A stretch of DNA of 64,000 nucleotides from Candidatus Enterousia sp. (lineage in GTDB: Bacteria > Pseudomonadota > Alphaproteobacteria > Rs-D84). Shown here one piece after another: positions 20,934 through 30,380 of this stretch (its first letter is position 1; each line of letters begins with the position of its first letter). The notes below the pieces were generated by a model. It saw only the letters and a program-made list of their open reading frames with translations, had not been told where the DNA came from and did not search any database. The stretch covers positions 2,674 through 66,673 of the forward strand of contig JAZLAZ010000026.1 in the NCBI GenBank assembly GCA_045613445.1, in the 5' to 3' direction. Position numbers and translations under genes: made by a program.

Positions 20934-21848
20934 TTATTTATTGCCTTCGCTTTCTTTCAAGATTGCATCGCGCAATTTGTTGTATGCGCGTTCTTCGATT
21001 TGTCGTACGCGTTCGCGTGAAATGCCATATTTCTGTGATAACGATTCCAGTGTTGCTACAGGTTGACGCAATTTGCGCGCAACCAATATTTCACGATCGC
21101 GTTCAGACATTTTTGCCAGATGTTTTTTTAGCAAATCATAACCACGGCGTCTAAATTCTATTTGTTCCAGTGTTTCCTCGATTGTGTCATGACCGTCTGT
21201 CATGTTTGACAGTATGTCTGTCCCACCATCTTCGGAATTTATTGGTGCATTCAGTGATAAATCGCGTGCACCAACGCGTGTTGCCATACGCGCGACATCT
21301 TTTTCTGGGACTTCTAAATAATCTGCAATTTGTTTTGTTTGTTCGTCTGTCAAGTTGTTGTCCATGATTCCCAGTGCGCGTTTTGCACGCGACAGGTTAA
21401 AGAACACGCGTTTTTGATTTGCAGATGTTCCGATTTTTACAATTGACCAGTTGTTCAGAATTGTTTCATATATTTCTGCCTTGATCCAAAACATTGCATA
21501 TGTTGAAAATCTGAAACCTTTTTCCGGGTCAAATTTTTGTAATGCTTGCATCAGTCCCATATTACCACTTGCAATTAAATCACCCACAGGAATACCATAA
21601 TTTTTATAATCATACGCCACAGATACAACCAATCGCAGATGGCTAGCTACCAATTTTTCAGCCGCGACTTGATCCTGATTTGTTGCCCATTGTATTGCGT
21701 ATTCGTATTCTTGTTCTGCGGTCAGTACAGGTATTTTCTGAACGGTTTGTATGTATTGTGCCAAACCAGATTCGTCACTGACCCCGCGGGCAGCCACGAT
21801 ATTATTGTTTTTTGAAACCGGTAAAGTGCTCTTGATTTCCTTTGTCAT
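20934..21848 (-). CDS. rpoH: RNA polymerase sigma-32 factor
   Basis: SHLRLVV, GNMGLMQA..KFDPEKGFRFSTYA, RpoH box WSIVKIGTSANQKRVFFNL, SRERVRQIE; likely start MTKEIK at 21848. Confidence 0.93.
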   Translation of the reverse strand: MTKEIKSTLPVSKNNNIVAARGVSDESGLAQYIQTVQKIPVLTAEQEYEYAIQWATNQDQVAAEKLVASHLRLVVSVAYDYKNYGIPVGDLIASGNMGLMQALQKFDPEKGFRFSTYAMFWIKAEIYETILNNWSIVKIGTSANQKRVFFNLSRAKRALGIMDNNLTDEQTKQIADYLEVPEKDVARMATRVGARDLSLNAPINSEDGGTDILSNMTDGHDTIEETLEQIEFRRRGYDLLKKHLAKMSERDREILVARKLRQPVATLESLSQKYGISRERVRQIEERAYNKLRDAILKESEGNK

Positions 21849-21903
21849 AACTTTTATAGTATACCATAAATAAATAATTATCAAGCCACAGGAGAATTTT
21901 GTT

Positions 21904-22554
21904 ATGGCAACAATGTTGGAAAGAAATAAAAAAGTCAAAGCACAGAAAAAAACATATTCAGAACATGCACAAGATGCCTTGTATCGCGAAGTATGGGAAG
22001 AAGTAAATAATGAAAAAACATTACAGTTTGTAAAGAAATATTCAAAACACATTATGGCGACTGTTTTGATTGTGTTGATAATTGCTACTGGTATTCAGAT
22101 TGGTGTTCGTACGCATCGTGCAAATCAGATGGCGACAGCAACAGCATATGATATTGCATTGGCCAGTGGTGATGTAAATGCATTGGCAGCATTGGCAAAA
22201 AACACATCTGGTGCGACTGGGGATTTGGCAATGTTTCAGGCGTATATGCTGGACAAAGATGTTCAAAAACTGCAATATTTGTCTGAAAGTGCAGATACGC
22301 GCGATTACCGCGATTTGGCAAAGTTGCATTTGGCAGGCATTCAGGGTGATAAAATGACCGCACGTGAATTGGAAAAATATTTGTCAGATTTGGATACAAA
22401 AAGTTCGCCTTTTTATTACAGTGCTGCGTTGATGGTTGCACAGAAGTATTTGGCAGATGGTGATATAGAAACTGCAAATAAATGGTTGGATAAAATCATC
22501 AACGATTCAGATGCGCCGTCTGTGATTTCAGGTACAGCGCAGGGGTTGCGTTAA
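21904..22554 (+). CDS. YfgM-like TPR membrane protein
   Basis: LYREVWEEV motif then a single TM and helical repeats; precedes a bamB-like gene. Confidence 0.7.
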   Translation: MATMLERNKKVKAQKKTYSEHAQDALYREVWEEVNNEKTLQFVKKYSKHIMATVLIVLIIATGIQIGVRTHRANQMATATAYDIALASGDVNALAALAKNTSGATGDLAMFQAYMLDKDVQKLQYLSESADTRDYRDLAKLHLAGIQGDKMTARELEKYLSDLDTKSSPFYYSAALMVAQKYLADGDIETANKWLDKIINDSDAPSVISGTAQGLR

Positions 22555-22569
22555 AATATTGGGGTTTAG

Positions 22570-23298
22570 ATGCGTAAATACTTGTTGTTTGTTTGTTGTA
22601 TGATTGCACTGGGTGCATGTGATAAACATGATCCTGTTTTGCCGGGGACGCGTATTGCAATATTCAACAGTTCAAAAATCACTGTATTAAATCGTGATAT
22701 TTCCAATTTACCCGAATCGGCGTTTGCGATTGAAAATACAGAATGTAAATATACCCAAGATTCATCAAATGTTATCTGGGATGGTAATCGTCGTGTGTTT
22801 AGTGGTTTTGCCACAAATAATTCTGTATTATCGAATCAGCAACCGATATGCAGTGGAAAATATTTATATGCGGGTTTAACAACTGGAGAAGTGATAAAAT
22901 TAAACCCAAAAACGCGTCAGATTATATGGATTGCGGATGTTTACAGTCACAGTAATTTAACAGGTGGCGCATCAATGGTCGATATTGTTGCACCGTTGGT
23001 ATTGTATAATAATGCCGTATTTGTTGGTGGTTTGGGTAATGCGTTTTGTAAAATAAATGTAAATTCTGGTATAAAGCAATGGTGTCTGGATATCAGTGTT
23101 CCTGTGCCATTTATTATTGCTGGCGATTATGCATTTGTTGTATCGTCTGATAATTATTTATATGCGATTTCTGTAAATAATGGTGATATTTATTGGCGCA
23201 CTGTTGTTGATAAACAAGTTGCACCAACATATGCAAACGGCATAATTTCTGTTGGAAAACAGCAAATAAGTGCTGAAAATGGAAAAATATTAAAATAA
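22570..23298 (+). CDS. BamB-like PQQ-repeat beta-propeller lipoprotein (short)
   Basis: Lipobox LGAC, LPGTRIAI motif, repeated A...G...W propeller blades. Confidence 0.7.
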   Translation: MRKYLLFVCCMIALGACDKHDPVLPGTRIAIFNSSKITVLNRDISNLPESAFAIENTECKYTQDSSNVIWDGNRRVFSGFATNNSVLSNQQPICSGKYLYAGLTTGEVIKLNPKTRQIIWIADVYSHSNLTGGASMVDIVAPLVLYNNAVFVGGLGNAFCKINVNSGIKQWCLDISVPVPFIIAGDYAFVVSSDNYLYAISVNNGDIYWRTVVDKQVAPTYANGIISVGKQQISAENGKILK

Positions 23299-23301
23299 AA
23301 C

Positions 23302-23330
23302 TGGACAAACGAAAAAATATATTATATTAT
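23302..23330 (+). promoter_or_regulatory. promoter of tRNA-Val
   Basis: TGGACA, 17 nt, TATTAT. Confidence 0.55.
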
Positions 23331-23351
23331 TCATCCGCTGAAACAGCAATC

Positions 23352-23428
23352 GGGTGTTTAGCTCAGTTGATTAGAGCATCTCGTTTACACCGAGAGGGTC
23401 GGGGGTTTGAGTCCCTCAACACCCACCA
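23352..23428 (+). tRNA. tRNA-Val (TAC)
   Basis: Cloverleaf: GGGTGTT/AACACCC acceptor stem, anticodon stem TCTCG/CGAGA with loop TTTACAC, encoded CCA. Confidence 0.95.
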
Positions 23429-23438
23429 CGAATTTGTC

Positions 23439-23459
23439 CGCCACATGGCGGATTTTTGT
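23439..23459 (+). terminator. terminator after tRNA-Val
   Basis: TCCGCC-ACAT-GGCGGA followed by a T run. Confidence 0.7.
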
Positions 23460-23481
23460 TGCTGAAAATAAAGAGAGAAAA

Positions 23482-23715
23482 ATGGCAGAAGAAAAAAAGA
23501 GTAAAGCAAAAGAATTTATAGATATGATGATAATTACTGGATTTGTATGTGTTTTTACTGTGCACTTGAATAGCGTATTCAAAACTAAAAACAAGTCAGA
23601 ATCTGAAAAATTATTAAATGCAGAACAGGTAGTAAACAAGGATTCTGTTCGAACGGATTCAGTGCCGACGGCAAGTTTCGTTCGTTGTCAAATGCAACAA
23701 CAAAGAACGAAATAA
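23482..23715 (+). CDS. small membrane-anchored orphan protein ending QQQRTK
   Basis: ATG 23482 after a purine-rich stretch; one TM; followed immediately by a terminator. Confidence 0.6.
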   Translation: MAEEKKSKAKEFIDMMIITGFVCVFTVHLNSVFKTKNKSESEKLLNAEQVVNKDSVRTDSVPTASFVRCQMQQQRTK

Positions 23716-23740
23716 AAAACACCCAATTGGGTGTTTTTTT
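23714..23740 (+). terminator. intrinsic terminator
   Basis: AAAAAACACCC-AATT-GGGTGTTTTTTT. Confidence 0.8.
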
Positions 23741-23775
23741 ATTTTTGTAATTTTGAAAAATATAATTTAAAATAT
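23733..23775 (+). repeat. 43-bp direct repeat, copy 1
   Basis: GTTTTTTTATTTTTGTAATTTTGAAAAATATAATTTAAAATAT, identical to 25152-25194. Confidence 0.9.
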
Positions 23776-23840
23776 GATTGTTATGATAAACATAGGTAAA
23801 TCTGAGGTATCGTTACCTTATAAGGAAATAAGGGCTTTGT

Positions 23841-24425
23841 ATGAAAAAATTTTTTGAACTGTTTAATAAAAACTTAAAAACAGAACGCCTAGAACTGCGA
23901 ATTTTAGCTCCAACGCTTGAAAATGCAAAATTAGTATGGAATGTGTTAAAAAATGAAAAGGCATCAGATTTTCAGTTTATACATTTTTCGCCAAAATATG
24001 ATAAACCGCTACCTGAATCTCTTGAAGAAACATTGGAAACAATGAATAATTATGCAGAAGCCTGGAAAAATAGTGGGGTGATTTGGTATGTGTTTTTCAA
24101 AAAACAGTTAATTGGTTTTCATGGGATTTCATACAACAAAGAAGGCGATTCTATTAATGGTGGTAATGTTTGGTTTGTAAAATCCGCATGGGGGCACGGT
24201 TTTAACCGAGAAATTCATACATTTTTAGAAAAAATTGTTTTTGAAAAATTAAAGGCACATCGCATGGTTCGTCAGTGTATGTCGATAAATCAGCGTTCTC
24301 AAAAATCTATAGCTAGCAGTGGTTTTAAGCTAGAAGCGCGTTTGCGTGAATATGCAAAATTATCAGATGGAACATGGACTGATCATTTGATATTTTCAAA
24401 GCTAATATCAGAATATAAGAAATAA
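23841..24425 (+). CDS. GNAT N-acetyltransferase, RimJ/RimL type
   Basis: LKTERLELR start, WFVKSAWGHGF, N.RSQK....GFKLEARLRE, DHLIFSKL. Confidence 0.85.
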   Translation: MKKFFELFNKNLKTERLELRILAPTLENAKLVWNVLKNEKASDFQFIHFSPKYDKPLPESLEETLETMNNYAEAWKNSGVIWYVFFKKQLIGFHGISYNKEGDSINGGNVWFVKSAWGHGFNREIHTFLEKIVFEKLKAHRMVRQCMSINQRSQKSIASSGFKLEARLREYAKLSDGTWTDHLIFSKLISEYKK

Positions 24426-24449
24426 ACACCGCCCGATTGGGCGGTTTTA
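24424..24449. terminator. bidirectional terminator
   Basis: ACCGCCC-GATT-GGGCGGT between convergent genes. Confidence 0.75.
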
Positions 24450-24451
24450 TT

Positions 24452-25099
24452 TTATCGTGTGTTAATATTAAAAGTCATATTTTTTTGTTTGTTTTCGTTT
24501 AATTTTTCAGCAACAAATTCACTTATTTTTTTGTCTATTAAGCGAGCCTCTATTTCAAAAATATGATTGTAATTAGCTTCTTTGTCCTCATTGGCTAATT
24601 TATAGTTTTGTAATTCTTTGTTTATTTCTTTTGAGGATATAGAAGATTGACGTGTTGCTTGTAAATAGTGTGTAAACTCATGAACAATTTGTCCTGTTAC
24701 ACCACGTTCAGATAAATCGTTGAAGAAGATAAACATTGGTTCATCTGTTCCTAGCACCTCAAGCATAATCTGTGAATATTGTGGGGTTAGATTATTTGAA
24801 AAAAAGCATGCTTTTATTGTTTCGTATTTTATATTATGTTCGTATGCGAATAATATTTTTGGTTTTATTCGGTGGTCAGGAAATGTATTTAATAATAATT
24901 CTAAAGTTTGTTTTACATATTGTTTCCGTACATCATAGGATTGTGTATGCCAATTCCTTAATGTGTCTTGATTTTGAATAATATGTTGTTCCAGTGTTTT
25001 TTGTATCTTATCAATCAGTAAATCTGCAGATTCAATATGTGTTTTTCTGTCAATAACAGATAAGATGCCTTGTTTCCAAGATGTTATTTTATGTTTCAT
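24452..25099 (-). CDS. orphan protein with HExxH zinc-metallopeptidase-like motif
   Basis: IVHEFTHYLQ followed by Y....FEIEAR (candidate third ligand). Confidence 0.6.
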   Translation of the reverse strand: MKHKITSWKQGILSVIDRKTHIESADLLIDKIQKTLEQHIIQNQDTLRNWHTQSYDVRKQYVKQTLELLLNTFPDHRIKPKILFAYEHNIKYETIKACFFSNNLTPQYSQIMLEVLGTDEPMFIFFNDLSERGVTGQIVHEFTHYLQATRQSSISSKEINKELQNYKLANEDKEANYNHIFEIEARLIDKKISEFVAEKLNENKQKNMTFNINTR

Positions 25100-25151
25100 A
25101 TATAAAAAACCTATGTAACATAAATTATACTACAGTTGATTAACATGTAAA

Positions 25152-25194
25152 GTTTTTTTATTTTTGTAATTTTGAAAAATATAATTTAAAATAT
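25152..25194 (+). repeat. 43-bp direct repeat, copy 2
   Basis: Identical to 23733-23775. Confidence 0.9.
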
Positions 25195-25222
25195 ACCTGC
25201 TATGAAATACAAAGGAGAAAAC

Positions 25223-25861
25223 ATGAAACATCTTGTATCATTATGTGCGGTTTTAACATTGGTATCTGCATGTACAACAGTAAATCCATATACAGGTCAA
25301 ACCCAAACAGCCAAAGCAACATGGGGAACAGCAATTGGCGCAGCAACAGGCGCATTGATTGGCAGCGCACACAGTGGCAAAGATGCATTGATTGGTGGAT
25401 TGGCGGGTGCTGCAATCGGTGGTGGTGTTGGGTATTATTTGGATGCCCAGGCGGCAGAACTGCGTGCAGAATTGGCGTCCACAGGTGTACAGGTTGTTGA
25501 ATCAGATGACAGTATTCGATTGATTATGCCTGGCAATATTACATTTAAAACAGATTCAGCAGATATAAATTCATCTTTCTATCCTGTATTAAATTCTGTG
25601 GCCAAAGTGTTAAATAAATACAGTAATTCAACAGTACTGGTATCTGGTCACACAGATAACACAGGCAGTGCAGAATATAATTTGAATCTGTCAAAAATGC
25701 GGGCACAATCAGTTGCTGCATATCTGAAGGGGCAGGGCGTAAAATCAAATCGATTTGAAGTTTTGGGAATGGGGTATTCAAATCCAATTGCATCAAATGA
25801 TACAACAATTGGTCGTGAACAAAACAGACGCGTTGAAATCAAAATTATTCCAAATAAATAA
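25223..25861 (+). CDS. OmpA-family lipoprotein with glycine zipper (YiaD-like)
   Basis: AAGGAG SD, lipobox VSAC, NPYTG, Gly-zipper, GHTDNTGS..YN..LS..RA.SV, NRRVEI. Confidence 0.9.
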   Translation: MKHLVSLCAVLTLVSACTTVNPYTGQTQTAKATWGTAIGAATGALIGSAHSGKDALIGGLAGAAIGGGVGYYLDAQAAELRAELASTGVQVVESDDSIRLIMPGNITFKTDSADINSSFYPVLNSVAKVLNKYSNSTVLVSGHTDNTGSAEYNLNLSKMRAQSVAAYLKGQGVKSNRFEVLGMGYSNPIASNDTTIGREQNRRVEIKIIPNK

Positions 25862-25886
25862 AAAATCCCCAATTGGGGATTTTTTT
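25860..25886. terminator. bidirectional terminator
   Basis: AAAAAATCCCC-AATT-GGGGATTTTTT; same core as 56600-56628. Confidence 0.85.
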
Positions 25887-26844
25887 AGATATCTTCCAAA
25901 ATATATTTTAATTCCATCATATCATCTGGCAATTTTGCTTTGAACTTCATTTTCGCGCCAGTTACAGGATGGATAAATTCCAAAACTTCTGCATGTAACA
26001 TTTGACCATTGTGAGTTTTCAAAAATTCTAATAAATCTGCATCTTTCACAGTCCCAAGTTTTGCAGCACCACGACCATACAGCGGATCGCACAAGACAGG
26101 AAATCCATGGACAGACAAATGTACACGAATCTGGTGAGTGCGACCTGTGAATAATGTGCATCGCATTTGTGATATGCCCGCGCGTGACCATGCGTTTACA
26201 ACAGATACTTCGGTATGGGCTGGTTTGCCCCCAGATTTCACCATTGTCATTTTTTGGCGATTGCGTGAAGAGCGGGCAATGTTTCCAGTGATATCTGCTT
26301 CTTCCCAGTTTGGAATTCCCCATACAAACGCGATATATTTGCGTGTTAAATCGTGTTCAGAAAAAGTTTTGACCAGTCCACGAAATGCTGTGTCTGATTT
26401 TGCGAACACCATAACGCCACTGGTATCTTTGTCCAGTCTGTGTACAACGCCAGGTCGCACATCGCCGCCCAACGCAGACAGATGTGTGTGCGCCAAAATA
26501 TTTTGCACAAATGTACCTGTTTTGTTGCCAGCAGATGGATACATAACAATTCCGCGAGGTTTATTTATAACAATGATATCATCGTCTTCGAACAAAATAT
26601 CTAAATCAAAATCCGCAGATATATTTTCTGTTGCGATGTCAGTTTTGATGTCTGGGATTTCGACAACAAAAATATCGCCAATACGAATTTTTTCAGAAAA
26701 CTTTACCGTACTTCCGTTTGATCGTGTTACATTAAATTTTTGAATTTCACTGCGTGAAAATTCAGGCATGTTTGCTGATAAAAACTTATCAACCCTTACA
26801 ATTTCATCTGTATCAGATACTGTAAATTCACGAATTTGTACCAT
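25885..26844 (-). CDS. rluD: 23S rRNA pseudouridine synthase, RluA/RluD family
   Basis: RVDKFL S4-like start, INKPRG, RPGVVHRLDKDTSG, TGRTHQIRVH, QMLHA. Confidence 0.88.
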   Translation of the reverse strand: MVQIREFTVSDTDEIVRVDKFLSANMPEFSRSEIQKFNVTRSNGSTVKFSEKIRIGDIFVVEIPDIKTDIATENISADFDLDILFEDDDIIVINKPRGIVMYPSAGNKTGTFVQNILAHTHLSALGGDVRPGVVHRLDKDTSGVMVFAKSDTAFRGLVKTFSEHDLTRKYIAFVWGIPNWEEADITGNIARSSRNRQKMTMVKSGGKPAHTEVSVVNAWSRAGISQMRCTLFTGRTHQIRVHLSVHGFPVLCDPLYGRGAAKLGTVKDADLLEFLKTHNGQMLHAEVLEFIHPVTGAKMKFKAKLPDDMMELKYILEDI

Positions 26845-26853
26845 AAAAAAACC

Positions 26854-27315
26854 TTACTTATATTCTTGCCAATCTGGACCCACCGTGCAATCAGACAAAT
26901 CAATTGTCAATTCACGCCCTGTGCCTTTGGGGGTGCATGTAATTATACCTGTTGTTGTTTGGTCGTCTGCATCGCGTGATGCGTTCATGTATGCAAACTT
27001 GATTTCGGTTGGTTCTGCAACGCATGCGATACGCAAATGTTCATGGTTTTGTCTGTTTGGTCCGACCCATACGCGTACACCGTCGCCCAAACCATAGCAT
27101 GGAAACCCGTCCAGATAATATAAAACCAAACCCTTTTTTACCAATTTTGAATCAGAAATAAAAGTTCCGCGATATTCTGACAGTGTCAATCCAGTTACAG
27201 CTTCCCAATCTGTGCTGGTTGAAAATATGCTGATTCTTGGTTGTGGTGTGCTGTCTGCTGCAAAAGTTGTATTTGCAACAAAGATGCCAAACAAGGCCAA
27301 AATTATTTTATTCAT
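26854..27315 (-). CDS. exported hypothetical protein (4 Cys)
   Basis: Signal peptide MNKIILALFGIFVANTTFA; ATGA overlap with the upstream gene. Confidence 0.65.
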   Translation of the reverse strand: MNKIILALFGIFVANTTFAADSTPQPRISIFSTSTDWEAVTGLTLSEYRGTFISDSKLVKKGLVLYYLDGFPCYGLGDGVRVWVGPNRQNHEHLRIACVAEPTEIKFAYMNASRDADDQTTTGIITCTPKGTGRELTIDLSDCTVGPDWQEYK

Positions 27316-27839
27316 TTTTTTGTATCCTGTGCTACTTCAAAGTTCATCAGTTTTGCAGAAATTTTTTTTACGCCATATGGTTGCTGTGCCAGCATGTGAT
27401 TAAATTTTACTGACGCGCCTGCATCCAGCAATGTTGCCGAAGGCATAAATTTTTGTTGTGCCAATACTTTTCCATTTTCATCAGATGAAATAATCAACAA
27501 ATCAGGGACACCATAAATCTGGTCAGAAACATTTGTTACTGTTCCATTGACAACGATATGTTTTACACCACTTTCATCAGTTGAAGTAGTAATGTTTTCA
27601 ACAGATGCAATCAAAGGTCCCATTGTTGCTTTTTTTGCCTGATGTTGTGTGATAACGGCAATAGTAAATATTATCGCAGATAGCAATGCACAAAGTGATG
27701 CAAAGAACATCAACCACGCATTTTTACGATTTTCAATCACAACGCGCCATGTATGGCCACAAATTGCACATTTTACTGGTGTGTTTGGTACACTGTCTAT
27801 GTTGTATTCTGTTTTACAAAAGTCGCATTTAATTTTCAT
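27312..27839 (-). CDS. zinc-ribbon + TM + DUF3426-like protein
   Basis: CDFC..Y.....VKCAICGHTW zinc finger, one TM, V.G.V.N.S....VP.L Ig-like domain. Confidence 0.8.
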   Translation of the reverse strand: MKIKCDFCKTEYNIDSVPNTPVKCAICGHTWRVVIENRKNAWLMFFASLCALLSAIIFTIAVITQHQAKKATMGPLIASVENITTSTDESGVKHIVVNGTVTNVSDQIYGVPDLLIISSDENGKVLAQQKFMPSATLLDAGASVKFNHMLAQQPYGVKKISAKLMNFEVAQDTKK

Positions 27840-27859
27840 GTCTTTATATATACCATAAA

Positions 27860-29176
27860 TTATTGTAATTGCAAATTTTGATATTTTGCGCGTACGCGTT
27901 GTTGAATTTGTGTAATTGCGTTCATAAAGTCAGCAACTGTTGCATTTTTATTTGTTGCGACTGTTCCAAATATTTGTCCTGCATATGTAGAAGCATCGCC
28001 TTCGGTGATGTTTGCCAGTGTTGCCATACGATTTAATTCAACAAAAGATGCGTCTGAAAAATGTGCGTTACTGGATTTAGTGTCCCAAAAATATGCAGAA
28101 TTAGTTGAATCTTGAATTTTGTCATATACATGTAACATTGGCGTCATAGAACCAGCAAATCCGACTGTTACAAATATGGCACTTATATGACCGCCTGTCA
28201 TATCCAAGGACTGATTTATTTTCATTGTTGAAATACCATCTGTTGTATCAACATACAGTCCGCCCAGTGTTAAATTAGATACCCATAAATTTTCAGCGGT
28301 CAAAGAAGAAAATTTTGCTGTATCTGCCAGTGAAAAATTACCATTTACCTCGATTGTTTTTGCGTCTGATGATATCATACCAGAAACGACGGCATATTTA
28401 CTGTTATAAACATTATCGATGTTTGTTCTGTTTTGGAATATTAAATCGCGTACTGCAATTTTGCTGGCGGATATATCTTCGGTAAAATTAGCGCGATTTA
28501 TATCAAAGAATTTTGCGTTTATTATATCATGCCCAGCCATATTTAATGCGGATAGCATTTGTGCATCGTCTGGATTTTCAGATGGTAAACGCCACAAATA
28601 TGATGCAGTATCTGTTTTTACATTTGTTGTTTCAATAATACCGTTTTTTATATTTGTCCCCAGTTCGATTGCGTCTGTATGCCAAGTGCCAAAAGATCCA
28701 TATGCATGTGTTTCATCAATAAAGCCCATTGACCCCCCAGACATGTTTACGATTTCGCGCGTTCGTATGGGGGTTATATCATCAGATGCACGTACTATAA
28801 CGCCTTGCAATGAAGCCCCATTTATTGAATCTGATGTTTTTAATATTCTGATTTGATATTTTTCATCGCCATCTGCCAATATTGAATCTGGTAATCCGTA
28901 TTCTGACAAATCAGATAAATTTACGCGAGTTATATTCCTGCCGACTGTTTTTAATAAATCTTCGCGATTATCGACGATATGCCTTTCCAGTGCATCTTGT
29001 ATTAAATGCATCTGGTTGGTTATTGCGATATTTTCAGCGCGTTCAACAGTCTTTTGATGATATTGAAATATGAATGGTATGATGACAGCAGCCAATGCAA
29101 TACTAAGCAGCAGTTCAACCAGCATACTTCCACCAGAATTATTTTTTATTGCAAAGATTTTTTTATTATGTTTCAT
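27860..29176 (-). CDS. PilV-like minor type IV pilin, paralog 3
   Basis: Prepilin site G/SMLVE plus hydrophobic helix; YLWRLP...QMLSALNMAGHDIIN resembles the PilV constant-region motif. Confidence 0.7.
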   Translation of the reverse strand: MKHNKKIFAIKNNSGGSMLVELLLSIALAAVIIPFIFQYHQKTVERAENIAITNQMHLIQDALERHIVDNREDLLKTVGRNITRVNLSDLSEYGLPDSILADGDEKYQIRILKTSDSINGASLQGVIVRASDDITPIRTREIVNMSGGSMGFIDETHAYGSFGTWHTDAIELGTNIKNGIIETTNVKTDTASYLWRLPSENPDDAQMLSALNMAGHDIINAKFFDINRANFTEDISASKIAVRDLIFQNRTNIDNVYNSKYAVVSGMISSDAKTIEVNGNFSLADTAKFSSLTAENLWVSNLTLGGLYVDTTDGISTMKINQSLDMTGGHISAIFVTVGFAGSMTPMLHVYDKIQDSTNSAYFWDTKSSNAHFSDASFVELNRMATLANITEGDASTYAGQIFGTVATNKNATVADFMNAITQIQQRVRAKYQNLQLQ

Positions 29177-29183
29177 GTTTTTT

Positions 29184-30380
29184 CTACTTGTAAGTTAGCT
29201 GCCATCCGTATTTTGTAATGGCATCAAACTCGTCGTTTGCTGGCATGTTTGGTCGATTTGCACGATTTATTTCAAATTTTGAAAACAGCGGTGGTCTGGT
29301 CGAAGGAAAAACCCAATTACCAATTCGCAGTGGTGGTGTTGTTGACATCAACAACTCGCCAGATATGGTCAAACCAAAGTCGTTATAAAATATCATTTCT
29401 TCACATGATACAAATGGTGTTAAAACATTGCTGGCACTGATACTGGTAAAGCCGTCAACAGAACGCGAAGAATCCGATTTAACAATCATGTTATTAGCAA
29501 CTTTTATAGAGTTTAATATATTCGCTTTATCTGTTATAATTCGCCCAGTTGTTGTAAATCCAGAACCGTTCAGGTTATCTGCGTACATGTTTTTGAATCC
29601 ATACATGTCTCCAGATACGCGCAAACTGTCAAAGTGTACATCTTCGCCATCCATATTTGCACCAGATGAAAAGTAAACATTTTCTGCAGAAACTTCATCT
29701 GCACTGACAAATACTGCATCTGCGTTTGCAATGCGCGCAGAACTTGCAGTGGCTGTTGCAACATTGTGAATATGGTGTTTATTCATATTCAAATCGCGTT
29801 GCATAACATTAAAATCATCCTCGCCAGATGTTGCACGATGCAGGTATTTAGAAGTGTCTTCGCCAGATATTGTTCGTGTAATTCTGTATATTAAATCACC
29901 GGTTTTGAAATCGGGTGCTGCGACAGCCCATGTATTGCCATATGCGATACCGTCATCGCCGACAACTGCTGCATCAGAACCGATATGTTTTGCGATTTGG
30001 GACGCGTGCAGATAAGAATCATCGATTTTGAATGCCAGATATACATCTGTCATACTAGTACCAATAACAGGATATTTATCAATGAACCCAGCAAATGCGT
30101 CTGGAGAAATTGTTGCTAAATCAGCATCATCTAATTTGATTTGTACTGTATCAGGCCATTTATCTTGATTTGTGCGAACAAAGTTCAATACAGAATCATG
30201 TGTTGAGATTATAGCTTTGGCGATTGCGATGTCGCGCAAAGTCTGATTGGTCTTTGTCATTTGTTTGTAAACAAACGGGGTTGCCAGTGCGACAATTGCC
30301 ATTGCCAACAAGACTTCGGTCATGCTGGCACCACTATTTTTCGTGTCAAAAATTTTTGTGTTAAATACAGCCACTGCCAC
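29184..30380 (-). CDS. PilV-like minor type IV pilin, paralog 2
   Basis: Prepilin site G/ASMTE; YLHR....DFNVMQRDLNMNKHHIHNV motif; overlaps the upstream paralog by 20 nt (exact start uncertain). Confidence 0.7.
   Translation of the reverse strand: MAVAVFNTKIFDTKNSGASMTEVLLAMAIVALATPFVYKQMTKTNQTLRDIAIAKAIISTHDSVLNFVRTNQDKWPDTVQIKLDDADLATISPDAFAGFIDKYPVIGTSMTDVYLAFKIDDSYLHASQIAKHIGSDAAVVGDDGIAYGNTWAVAAPDFKTGDLIYRITRTISGEDTSKYLHRATSGEDDFNVMQRDLNMNKHHIHNVATATASSARIANADAVFVSADEVSAENVYFSSGANMDGEDVHFDSLRVSGDMYGFKNMYADNLNGSGFTTTGRIITDKANILNSIKVANNMIVKSDSSRSVDGFTSISASNVLTPFVSCEEMIFYNDFGLTISGELLMSTTPPLRIGNWVFPSTRPPLFSKFEINRANRPNMPANDEFDAITKYGWQLTYK

Noticed and set aside
7566-22052. Long N-terminal extensions of LptD, S15 and RpoH in the ORF track
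   Set aside because: They overlap neighbouring genes; downstream starts (7767, 12024, 21848) give normal proteins with plausible SD or promoter signals.
23718-23736. AACACCCA/GGGTGTTT matching the tRNA-Val ends as an att-site duplication
   Set aside because: Only 8 bp, and fully explained as a member of the CCCAATTGGG terminator family.
23841-25099. GNAT and HExxH pair as a type II toxin-antitoxin module
   Set aside because: The genes are convergent, the GNAT is of the RimJ/RimL type, and there is no small DNA-binding antitoxin.
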